Assembly (NCBI GenBank): GCA_002633005.1
Contig: NMRA01000007.1
Span: 437,136-501,135, forward strand
DNA: 64,000 nt
From: Phoronis australis
Lineage: Eukaryota > Animalia > Phoronida
Direction: 5' to 3'
Shown: piece by piece, positions 51,778-62,414 of the stretch
Position numbering within the stretch: the first letter of the stretch is position 1
Layout: each line of letters begins with the position of its first letter
The notes under the pieces: generated by a model
The model's database searches: none
The model's input: the letters and a program-made list of their open reading frames with translations, nothing else
What the model was told of the DNA's origin: nothing
Program-made: the position numbers and the translations under genes

Positions 51778-53945
51778 CTGTAACAGATCAAAGATAAAAA
51801 TGGTATCTGAAGAAAATCCTCTCTATCTCGTAATGAATTGCTTTTACATGACGAGCATCAGATTAGTACTGGACTTGCTTCTCCTATGAACACTGGCAAA
51901 TTACTAACTTTAAATATGCAAACACAACATAATTCGTGATAGTTTTAGGAGAATACTGACGTTATGGCCCTTTGGAAACTAGTCTACTCGAGAGAACTTT
52001 TGCAAGAAAATTGTGTAAAACGATTTGGCCGTGATTTGCAACTCGACTACACTGACAAACTTTGATTTGCTCTACCAAAGTCAGTGTTGTGTCATACTTT
52101 GGTGAGTTTGCAACCACTATACATTATCAAACTCTGTCAAAAGTTTGCAAGCAAACATTTCAAAGTCTTTGGTCGTGTTTTTTGAGCTTGACAGAATTTT
52201 GCAAGACACAAGAAAATGTTCTAAGATTTTCTACACTAATAGTTGGTGCGACTGCATGGCACCATCGCCAGCCATATAAAAAGCCTCACGAGTGGACCAG
52301 GGGTTGATTTTTAAGAATGACACCCATGTGGAGCACACGTTTCATGTGAGATTAAATTTTCTGACCAACAGCGCTGCGAGAACCTTCCCACAAAGGAAGA
52401 ATATAGTTTCAAAATGTTGATGAAGATGGAACCATTAACTTTTAAACAAGAAAAACAAGATGCCGAGATCGTCTATTTCAAAAGCATTGGATGAATAACA
52501 ATCCTATGAGTTGTTCAAGCTACTTTTCAGCGATAAATATCAATACAGATGTGTTCTTTATCAAGATTGGCCTTATCCCAGGTTTCAAATAGATAAAATG
52601 CGTAACTAAGGGTTCAAAAAGTTTCGTATTGTGTGCTGTATTTCATGAACTGAAAAATTCCGGTGTCATGTGAATGTGACAATCTGCTGGCAAACTCAAG
52701 AATGATTGAGTTCGTAAAAAACAAAATTGAGGAGCGTATCCCAAACCTAAGGTCGACAGGTGTATGTACGTGTGTTTTAACGTTAATTACACCATTTGTG
52801 TAGGTATCTTTTGATTATCAGAACAACTAGATAACTTTCAATTTGCAATAGTTTCTTGTAACCTTTTATCTATGTACGAAAAACTCCGATGCTCCGGACT
52901 AACTTAGATATAATTAATCAAAAGTAATTCACAATAAATATGTGCTCAAATTACATATTCTCACATGACCTGGAATGCGTTCCGACACGACTGGTTAATA
53001 TCACCGAGTACGTAAGTTTTTAGATATTACATGGACAAATCACAAAGTAGTACAAAGTAGAAATCCATACGCCTTACGTTCTATCGTCTGCAAAACACTA
53101 AACGCGCAGCAATCGAGCAATGCTGGAAATTCGTGGTGACACGATTATGATTGACTGTACGTACTCCTAATCTTAAGGACATGCAAACAATTTCTTAAAC
53201 GGACCCATCTTCTGCGGCAAATTCCATATCTACGTTCATTCAAACGGAGACGAACCTCAACTCAAGAAACGGGGTGAGACTGTCTAGTTGTACTGTGATA
53301 CGCCGTAAAATGTTACAGTTTCGTAAAATGTAACAACTGTTACATTTCACGTCATTGTTACATTTCACGTTGCTTAGCCTCTCCTAAAATGTAACAGGTT
53401 GTTACATTTTACGTAATTGCTACATTTGACGTCGAATACGCATGCGAGAAATATACCATTGTTACATTTTACGAAACCAACGTCATTATGAAGAAAACGA
53501 CTAAAATCCCGAACAAGTGGTATCTGACACGGCCACGGGGTACTCGAGTGTTTTTGAACGAGAGATGCCGCCCGAAAAACTTGGATACCAACCCATTTAG
53601 AGAGTGGGATTGGACAAAAAATGACAAATTTAGAAAGTAATTTTGTGTAAAAATATACTTTTGCACACAGTTCTGTTCCAGAAATTCAGAAAAGGCACCC
53701 CTTTACATTGTATTTTGTCGAAAATGGCACCATTTTGTAAAGTATTTTTGCTGTGAAGAAACACCTTATTGGGCGGCACCTTTCGTATACCTCTGACCTT
53801 CGGGCTAACAAAGCATGAATTTGGCTACCCAGTATCATTTTCATTACTACTACATTACTATTACTAGTATTACTGCTATTACCACTATCACTGCTATTAA
53901 TGCTGTTAATTGTTTCTCTACTATTACTCGTTACCGTTATCGTTA

Positions 53946-53947
<2 letters not shown>

Positions 53948-53996
<49 letters not shown>
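53948..53996. repeat. (ATT)n microsatellite with a degenerate AT-rich triplet extension upstream (about 53835-53947)
   Basis: About 16 perfect ATT units. Confidence 0.95.
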
Positions 53997-54000
<4 letters not shown>

Positions 54001-54818
54001 TGTCCGAAAGGCCGACAGTCAGCTTTTTTCGGACTATTGCCCCTTTAAACTATCGACCTAAACCCTGTTTGAGCAAAATGATCATGTCTTCTCAGCTAGA
54101 GTACCAAAATATTTCTCTATTTCCCCAGCTACGCCTCCCATTTTTAAGTATACACGTCACGGTTTGATCTGTTGCTACCACCATTACTTCAGACAAGTTT
54201 GACATCATAGAAACAATGCTATTACTTAAGGTTGTAAGCTGTTTAAAAAACACAGGACCATGCCGCCACTTAACTGTTGGCTCACCCTTCTCAAAGGCGA
54301 AGTTTTGCTTTTGCACTGGTAAAAATCTGTCAACCCGCCCGCAAGTAAATGCGTGCTTTTTTTTCCTTCCACCACAATGTGTTTAAAAAATTGTCATTTG
54401 CAACTAAGGTGGTAGACAGAATCCGTCACCATCAGATTAACTTTGGTCTCGTTCCTTTTGTGTGGAGCAGGGCAATTACTGCAGATGACTTCAAGGCAAT
54501 AAAACATTCGCTGAAGTAAATCAAAATATCGTGGACTAACGGATGTTTTTTCTATCAAGTTGGCTTCCGAAATTGAATTCTCCGTAAAAAAATTGATATG
54601 ATTCTTTGTTCCAGAACAAATATGTTAAATATTAGCAAAATACGATGTCGTTGTTTCTGTTGTGCTTACCAAAGGAAGCGTGTTTACTGTAATGCAGGAT
54701 ACACAGTTGTTTTATGACTTGTGAGCACCAACAAAAGACTGCAAGAACGTTTTAACGCTAAGAAACTTGTTACCTGATCCTGGAAACTCATTAATTCGCC
54801 TGGAATTAAATCTGTACG

Positions 54819-54975
54819 CAGTGGTGGACCTAGAGGGGGACCAAGGGGGCCATGCCCCCCTAAAATTCTCCCAGATTCCATTTAACAGTTTGGGGGTGCG
54901 AATGTCTCACGGGCAAAATTCTGGTTAACACTCTGTTTTGGCCCCCTCTAACTCCATATCTTGGATCCACCCCTG
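54819..54975. mobile_element. MITE of the same CAGTGG-GGA family
   Basis: CAGTGGTGGACC...GGATCCACCCCTG, with flanks GTACG/GCACG (4 of 5 match as a TSD). Confidence 0.7.
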
Positions 54976-55218
54976 GCACGGGGTACATTTTTCACGATAC
55001 CAAGAAACTTTTAGTGTTAAAAATCAATGGAAAGCACATAGGGAGCTGGCAATGACAGAATTTCATTCCAACAATCCTACAAAGAACCCGTCAAGTGTAT
55101 GAACCGTTTTTCCGTGTGACAAATACCATGCAAACTTATGAATTATGACCTCGCTTTCGTAAAATGTAAGAACGGTACATTACTCGCATGTGCACTCGAC
55201 GTAAATTGTAACAATTAG

Positions 55219-55378
55219 ATATAAATCGGCAAATAAAACAACAAGAATTGATGAACCTAAATTTGAAATTTTCGGATGTAATAACTTCCTTTGTCAACAG
55301 AAACAAAGGAAGTTATTACATCCGAAAATTTCAAATTTCAGTTGATCCATTCTTGTTGTTTTATTTACCGATTTATAT
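55219..55378. repeat. long inverted repeat (arms about 76 bp, 8-nt spacer)
   Basis: The inner arm AAATTTGAAATTTTCGGATGTAATAACTTCCTTTGT is perfectly complementary to the opposite arm. Confidence 0.85.
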
Positions 55379-56631
55379 TCTACATTTCGTGAAACAATAG
55401 TATCCTTGGGAGTATCTGGATCGCCTTATTTAGTTTCAGATTTATTTTCTACGTTATTCATCAGCTTGTTACATTTTAGGAGAGGCCTAGCAACGTAAAA
55501 TGTAGAGTTTACTATTATATGGGACTTAGTGAAGACAGGGAGGAATAGGGTAACGTACAAAAGATAGTTCAGTCTCGGCCATGCACGAGGTTCTGGTGCG
55601 GTGGGTGAGGCTGAGGCGCAGCGAATAAACCTTTCTATCACGCTGGAAATTGGTGCGATCTGGACATGGATTTCGTGAGTGCACCGTGATTCAAAAATAC
55701 AAGTACATAACCATTTTTTCGCATACATAAATTTTTAATATAATGGTACCCGGCGTTGTTTACGGAAGGCACATCTCTGCGAGGAACTACGTATTTTTGC
55801 ACATAAAAACACAAAAATTACACCCCAGTCAGAAATTTTATATATGTTCGGAGTAGTGAACAGGTATGTAGTTAGTGACTACTTCTACGTCATTCCGCTT
55901 TTATAATTTGATAAAGAAAGTCAAAAGTTGTATGAAACGAAACCGGAACAGTGTTTTAGAAAACTCTTAACAGCGTTTTTAAGATTTGTCCCTGAACATT
56001 TACATCAAATAAAATTGGACACGATACAGACATTGTTGTTTAACTAGGAGAATACTTTCTTTTTTCCCTATATTTTACTAAACAGACATGCTCACACGGC
56101 CAATGAACGACAGTTTGGTAGTGAGTTATAATTAACGTCTACACGTTTTCCAATTTCCGAAAATATTATATTTTCACACAGTCAATTAATTCCATCCATT
56201 TTCTGTTTAGTAAGGTACATGCTCCTACATAATCTTATACATGGATCTAAAGGTCCCCATTTCGCAATCACATGCTTCGGAGCTTGGGGTTGAGGTGGTG
56301 GATCGGCCCTCGCAGCACCTCGAGAGAAGGGCCACCTAACAGGACAGTGTTACCTGGAACGTTGTAAGGACCGGTGAGCGTGCAATTGGCGACTGGGCGT
56401 ACCGCTAATTCTTGCAGTGGGCAACAATAACCCTTGTCATTGAGCTCAAGGTTTGTGATAAAAAGCGTATGCCCACTTCCAGAACGTTTGTGGAACTAAA
56501 CAGCTGTTACCAATTTGCCAACAAATTCATCACAAATCGCCCTAACAAATATTCTGAGGTTAGGTTGCTGAAGGGTCTAGTCTTCAGCGTCTTAAACGTA
56601 TAGTTTTTTGCATACTTAGCAAATGGTCTAC

Positions 56632-56810
56632 CTTTGTTTTTTCCGACGTCACAATTCTGACTCTAGAAAAGTGCCATGTGTTGCCTTGGTTACCAGACTT
56701 TTGGAAAATCACTGTCTCTTTACCACCTTTCTCAACCAAGCACAGCGTGAGACTACCCATCTTTGTTTTGCCGAACATGTGCCATCGGAAGGAGAGCATA
56801 TATTCACCGG
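56632..56810 (-). CDS. secreted MAM-domain protein, exon 5
   Basis: tttttcag acceptor and gtagac donor. GEYMLSFRWHMFGKTKMGSL...IFQKSGNQGNTW matches MAM LSF.YHM.G...GSL and SGNQG..W. Confidence 0.9.
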
Positions 56811-57247
56811 CTGAAAAATATCTGAAGATGTGACACAAATACGAAGAGTTCGAACACCGGCAGAGGGTGTCGCAATTTTCGCGGGGACCACTCAGGCATC
56901 AATCTCCAGTACAACGCCGCGATGAATATTTTAGCAAAATCCCGTAACGTGTGATTTATGTTTCATAGAGTACGTCCTTCATCTAGACGAACGACCATGT
57001 CTATCATGTACACGTATTATTGCACTAATTTTCTCGTAAAATTGAAACTCCACGGCACCACAACTGTCATAATTTTGGTGTGTTCTTGAAAGAACTGGAA
57101 TATTGAATACATTTTTCATTTCTTAGCTTAAGAGTACTTTCTATTAGCATAAGAAAAATTATCAGTTCAATATTTGATTGGGCTAAACAGACCATTTGGT
57201 GTTATTGAGTTAGGAATTCAACTTATTTAGCTCTTTCATCACCTTAC

Positions 57248-57371
57248 CTGGAAAGTATTTAGTGTATATCTTGGCTTCGGATTTTTTTTTAATTTTATCC
57301 ATTTCCGCGTAGATGTATGGTGTGCACATATACCCGCAGTCGGGGCCTGTACCTTGGGTTGGCGTAGAACC
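57248..57371 (-). CDS. secreted MAM-domain protein, exon 4
   Basis: tttccag acceptor and gtaagg donor. GSTPTQGTGPDCGYMCTPYIYAEMDKIKKKSEAKIYTKYFP matches the MAM G.TPS..TGP...YIY.E pattern. Confidence 0.88.
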
Positions 57372-57902
57372 CTGGAAATAGTTGATAATGTGTTAGCCAG
57401 TAGCTCTCAGCACAATAATATCTTTTAAAACTCGAAGTACACTACAAACAGCACTACATTTTCTGTTTGTCAAAATGCTGGTTGTCCGGAAATCCCAGTA
57501 CATCTAAAACACTTCTTACGCACTTGCTTATGCATAACGCTTAGACCTCATCTCAGAACTTTTATACACAACCATACAGCACGACAGGCAAATTTAAAAA
57601 AAAACAACTAATTTCCACAGCAAGAATGCTTAAAAACCATATGCATAGTATATCACAACGTATTATTACAATTTAACATATAAGTGTCGTACAAAAGATG
57701 AAAACATGAAAGCTTTATTCAACACATCAGTGATGCATATAGTAAACTGAGATAAGGCATCCATTTAATAGATTATTTGGTCCTGTCAGCGTCGTTAACT
57801 AAAACAACGAAGTGTATATTTAAAAAACAACCCGCTCCATGGTTTTTATCAAGTTATTTCATGATGTCTTGGTAGTAAGCTACCTCGTTATGATTGTCTT
57901 AC

Positions 57903-57994
57903 GTTATGTGGTGTCCAGTCGAAATCGTCATCGGTTGCTTGTGACCACCCGCAAATGTAACCATCGTCAAAGGAGCACGTTATAGCATAATCAC
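57903..57994 (-). CDS. secreted MAM-domain protein, exon 3 (MAM start)
   Basis: ctttcag acceptor and gtaaga donor. DYAITCSFDDGYICGWSQATDDDFDWTPHN is the MAM signature C.F..G.CGW.Q...DDFDW. Confidence 0.9.
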
Positions 57995-58246
57995 CTGAAA
58001 GTAAAAACTATACGTACAATGTCAAGTTTTAGCATTAGCATTCAAATGCATAAAAATTAAATATTGCAAAAATATCCATTTGGTAATGTTAAAATTACGC
58101 TGCCTCGGTCTCCACGTACATCCGTGATACTGGAGGAAAAGTCGACTAGAGGTTAGTCTGTTTTGTGAGAGAGCCGTTGCGAGCCTTGAAACACATTTCG
58201 TAGGTAACCAAAATCAGAGCGAAGTGGTCTATATACTTAAATAGGT

Positions 58247-58409
58247 AACTTCGTTGAAAACACGACTAAGCTTTTTGTTTGAAAACTTTATACGGAGTCG
58301 CTCGTTGTGTCGAAAGTACACTGCGAGAAAGGGAATTGTTTCGACACTACGAGCGACTCTGTATCAAGCTGTATGAAACAAAAAGTTTAGTCGTGTTTTC
58401 AAAGAAGTT
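58247..58409. repeat. long inverted repeat (arms about 68 bp)
   Basis: AACTTCGTTGAAAACACGACTAAGCTTTTTGTTT...GAGTCGCTCGTTGTGTCGAAA / TTTCGACACTACGAGCGACTC...AAACAAAAAGTTTAGTCGTGTTTTCAAAGAAGTT. Confidence 0.8.
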
Positions 58410-59726
58410 CGTGTAAACGAAGAGCTGCTACCGAACTTACTTAAATTTGATAATTCATAGTGATGATTAGTGGAACAACCTTTTATAAGAATCCCATGAC
58501 CTAGCTTCTCTGGTGACGTGAACCGTAGTTAGTCCTATGCTTAAAATTTAATGTTTCTCGTTGGATTTTCGGTACTAATTTTTTTTTTTCATTTCAACCA
58601 AGTTTGTCTCAGCGCCTTGCTCGTACGTGTTGTGGGGAAAGCACGAGATTGTCAATCCGTACATATATACACTTCACACAAAGACGCCTCTGTGACAGGT
58701 TGATAGAACATCACAGCTCAGGGAAAAGTAACATCTATAGGCATTGTGTTAGCAACAATCACCAACTAAGCCAATTCTGTTAGCATTATCTTCAGAGAAC
58801 CTAATAAGGAGTTACTGTACATTAAAGAGTCATTTGGCCATTCGGGACCAGCATGCCACTGATTCTCTGAATAACATGCAGAGCTCTGTGACCCTGCAAC
58901 TATGGTGACCAGCCAAGCTACTGACTATATTCCCTGTATCTCTCACTTCACTTTATGGATGTTACCTGAGCTGTATGTTGGCACTTGTTGTCCTAAATTG
59001 TTGGTCCTGATGATGTCTAATGAAAAGACGAAACGTTGAATTGAACATGAACTTTTTTATTTGCGCGGCGATCGTCCGGTTTTTAATCTTACTGTGGCCA
59101 AAAACTGATTTAATTCCTTGCAATTGTTTGTTAAATAAAAGTTAGTCAGAGACAGGTTTGATTTTCTCTTTCATAGCATAGCATTACACGACAATAATAT
59201 AATATTTAGGCAAGCATTGAAAATGAGTGGACAGATTGAGTTTAATATTACCAATACACAGCAACTGGATACGGCAAACAATTTGTTAAAACATTATAAT
59301 TAAAACAATATTTAGGAAGGGGATGTGACGATAGTACAGTAATTTCTAATCAATTCACTAATTTAAGTATCCTTTCAAATATCTCATCTTATGTAGCTAT
59401 CAATTTTGAGAGTTGTAAGCTTATACAAGCTTCTTGTAAGTTTTTCCTTGCATGCACCCCCCCAACGGCAAAACGGCAAACTAACCGAATGCAGCATACA
59501 CTGTATGTGCAAATAGCGGCAGTGTTTCGTGCTTACATAGTGACTTTCAAGATGCTTTTACAATTTAATTGACCCTGTTTAATTAGCGTCGGTAATCAAC
59601 GTCGCGTAACCAAGCCGTCATCTTTGTTAATAATTATGAGCTTTCCAAAGAAAATTACTGGCGGTGGCTTTATGATGCGAGAGTTAATCAATGGCAACCT
59701 CCTGATGGTTTATTACCAGTCCAAGC

Positions 59727-60493
59727 GGATTGTTCTAAAACCCCGCCGACCCCACACCCCACAACCCCCTCGACTCACAACCCCCACGTCTCACAACCCC
59801 CACGACCTACAACCCCTTTGAACCACGACCAGTGGCAGATGTATCTTTGAACTTTTTATACATTTCATAATCATATTACGTCGATGAGTGACTTTTCGAT
59901 AAGACTTACAGACTCGCGAATTTGCTCTGGCTCAAGCCTGGCGGGTAAAAACAAAAAGTGGCGTAAGAATATGACCTGAAATAGCGGATTGTGAGAGTGC
60001 TACGGTTGTCACGGAAATAGTTCCGTCCACGAGCGGTTACCAATGGCCCTGTTCTACTAACTTAGGGAGGGAGTACGTTAACGTGAATGCACTTAATTTT
60101 ACATTTTTCTTATTTGCTTTCTGTTGCATACACGTTCACTATATACTCCAGTCAACAGTACTTATTAAAGCAATTACATATTTGTCGGCTCCTCGCACTC
60201 TCTCAAAAAGCTTGAATCTGATATTCACTGAAGAGCAGACGGGAACGGCATTTGTAACGTTGGTAGCTCGCGTTTTTTTTCTGTTTTTGGCTTTCAGACT
60301 TGCCGAATCGACTCTCTTAATTTCAAAAAACAGCCTGAGGGGAAAGCCAGCCGAGCTCACGGCCAGACTCGTTGGTCCTGCAAGTCAGCCTTTCTATGTT
60401 CAGATCGACTCGAGCTTGTGTAGAGTGGGTCGAGGGGGTTGTGGGTCGAGGGGGTCCTGGGGTTTGGGGGTCGAGGGGACTTTGGAACAATCC
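59727..60493. mobile_element. non-autonomous Mutator-like (MULE) DNA transposon
   Basis: TIRs GGATTGTTCTAAA / TTTGGAACAATCC with subterminal CCCCTCGACCCACAA-like repeats in inverted orientation. Perfect 9-bp TSD AGTCCAAGC at 59718-59726 and 60494-60502. Confidence 0.85.
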
Positions 60494-60610
60494 AGTCCAA
60501 GCCAACAGCAATGTGCAGGAAGTCCGTTCTTGTAGGTTGAAAACGCCTGCGACCATTGAAAAATGGGATCGTCTGCAATCTTTGTTGACACCACTCCAAC
60601 ACGTACTTAC

Positions 60611-60632
60611 TTGGTGGCATTACCAACGGTTC
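60611..60632 (-). CDS. secreted MAM-domain protein, exon 2 (22-nt micro-exon)
   Basis: Strong polypyrimidine acceptor ttttttcacacag and consensus donor gtaagt. Encodes EPLVMPP plus 1 nt and converts phase 0 to the phase 1 needed by exon 3. Confidence 0.65.
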
Positions 60633-61504
60633 CTGTGTGAAAAAAACGAACAGTGCAGATTTTTGTTTATATCAGATTACACAAACGGTAAACAACAAAA
60701 CAGGTAAAAACAAAACTGAAGGGTGTAAAGTAAGATAACATAAGATAAGAAGAATTTGTTTGATAACAGGCCTGAATAAGATAATTGATTAAACTCATTT
60801 CATTCACTGTGCCACGCATCAAACAGTGGCAGGTTTTAACTGCAAACATTAAATCCGCTTATGAACTTATGCACCGTTTGATCGAGTTTGCGACCGTGGT
60901 CAATATGTGGATGCAACATTTTCGCCCAATAATATTCCAAGGTGTTTGTGTTTGTTTTTTTGGGGGAAAATATCCCCATTGAGCGGTAGAACAATGATTG
61001 TTTTTGTGTATAAGCTAGTGTTGTTGGGCTTAAAAAATGATCAACACTTTTTCACTCTCCATTTCCGAGACCAGTTTGTCCAGTACAGACTGTTATCGCA
61101 TAGAGTACTCAGAGTGCTCCTATGGGAATGGATAGAAAACTGTATTATCAGCCTGTGAAAAGGCTTTCGACATTGACGTAGCCAGGCGAAGACGAGGCTG
61201 ACAAGACACAATCGATCGGGACTCTGTTCTTTCTTCTAATACCATTCACGGTGTCTTGCTGCAGAGAGATCGCAACAAATTCGCGGTCAAAACACAAAAA
61301 TGTTCCCAAAAAGCCCACGCATCGAGCCTCCTTGGACGGTTCTAGGTCAAGAACAGTACGGAACTAGAAAGATTACTGTCACGGCGTGACAATAACGGAC
61401 TCTGCGCGTGCGTATTACTGGAATTATTATGTCAAGTTACTGACAGCAACCCCTTTACCAATATGAAAATTAATTCGTTAAAATTGTAGGAGAAATTACA
61501 TGTT

Positions 61505-62222
61505 AACATTTTGATGAACTTTCCAATAATTGACCTCTTCCGGTGCATTATGAGCCAAGATGAGAGAATAATTGTAAACTCGATTAAAAGTGTGGTTAAT
61601 GCTAAAAATCACAGATGTTTTACTTAAGCACTTCGGAATACAAAATGAATGAAGTGGTCAAACTTTCAGAAGAAACATGCACCTAATGACCCCATGGGTA
61701 CACCAAATGACCTAAAAATTTAGAATTCATACTCAATCGCACTTAGTAAACAGATACGTAATTCTGAAGTCTCTAGCTCAAAATTTTGGTTTGCACTCAA
61801 CGACCTTTGACCTATTTTTTCTGATTGGTTAGGCCTATTGCGAAGTAAAGTAGGGTATTTAATTGGCATGTTGACTTACACTAGTGTGCTGAAATTGAAA
61901 AAAAATCCTTGAAAAGCGTAAGAGATATAACATTTTGAACGTTACATGAACTTTGCGCTAATTGACCTTATCCGGTGCATTTTAAGCATCTTTAGGAGAA
62001 TTATTGCAAAGCCCATGGGAAATGTGTTTAACGCTGAGAATCACAGCTGTCTAACGGTTGACACATCAGAATACTTGCTGATTGAAAAGGACAAATTTTC
62101 AGAAGAAAAATGCATCTAATGACCCCATGTTTGCACTAAATGACCTGAAACTTTGGATTCCGATTTAATTTACCTGTGGCAATCAGACCTGTCAATGCTC
62201 AGACTTGAACTCCAAAACCTTG
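61505..62222. repeat. diverged tandem duplication, unit about 430 bp
   Basis: Blocks ATGAACTTT..TAATTGACCT..TCCGGTGCATT, AATCACAG.TGT and TTTCAGAAGAAA.ATGCA.CTAATGACCCCATG recur about 430 bp apart. Confidence 0.7.
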
Positions 62223-62309
62223 AACCAAATCTAATCATATTTTCTTTGACTTCTGCAAGCTTTAGTTAACTGTCCTTTTTTCTTACCATTGAATCAAATT
62301 TGATCTCAC

Positions 62310-62414
62310 CTGGTTGTCACTTCGCCGATGCAGTTCGCCGGCAGAGACAAGGAGCAGCACCCCTGCTACAACAACAACCAATTGGAACCAACGAGCTTGC
62401 GTGATTGCGAACAT
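62310..62414 (-). CDS. secreted MAM-domain protein, exon 1 (signal peptide)
   Basis: MFAITQARWFQLVVVVAGVLLLVSAGELHRRSDNQ followed by a gtgaga donor, phase 0. Has a hydrophobic core and a VSA-type signal peptidase site. Confidence 0.75.

Larger units (their letters stand above)
53295..55505. mobile_element. foldback-type element with long TIRs built from TGTTACATTTTACG repeats and carrying nested insertions
   Basis: 53360-53490 is the reverse complement of 55143-55216 plus 55463-55503. The right arm is split by a palindromic insert. Confidence 0.6.

Noticed and set aside
53686-54167. ORFs with poly-I, poly-Y and poly-L tracts
   Set aside because: Translations of the (ATT)n microsatellite.
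54774-54799. Possible extra 26-nt exon in MAM intron 5
   Set aside because: It lies inside a foldback element and would interrupt the MAM fold; exons 5 and 6 already join in frame.
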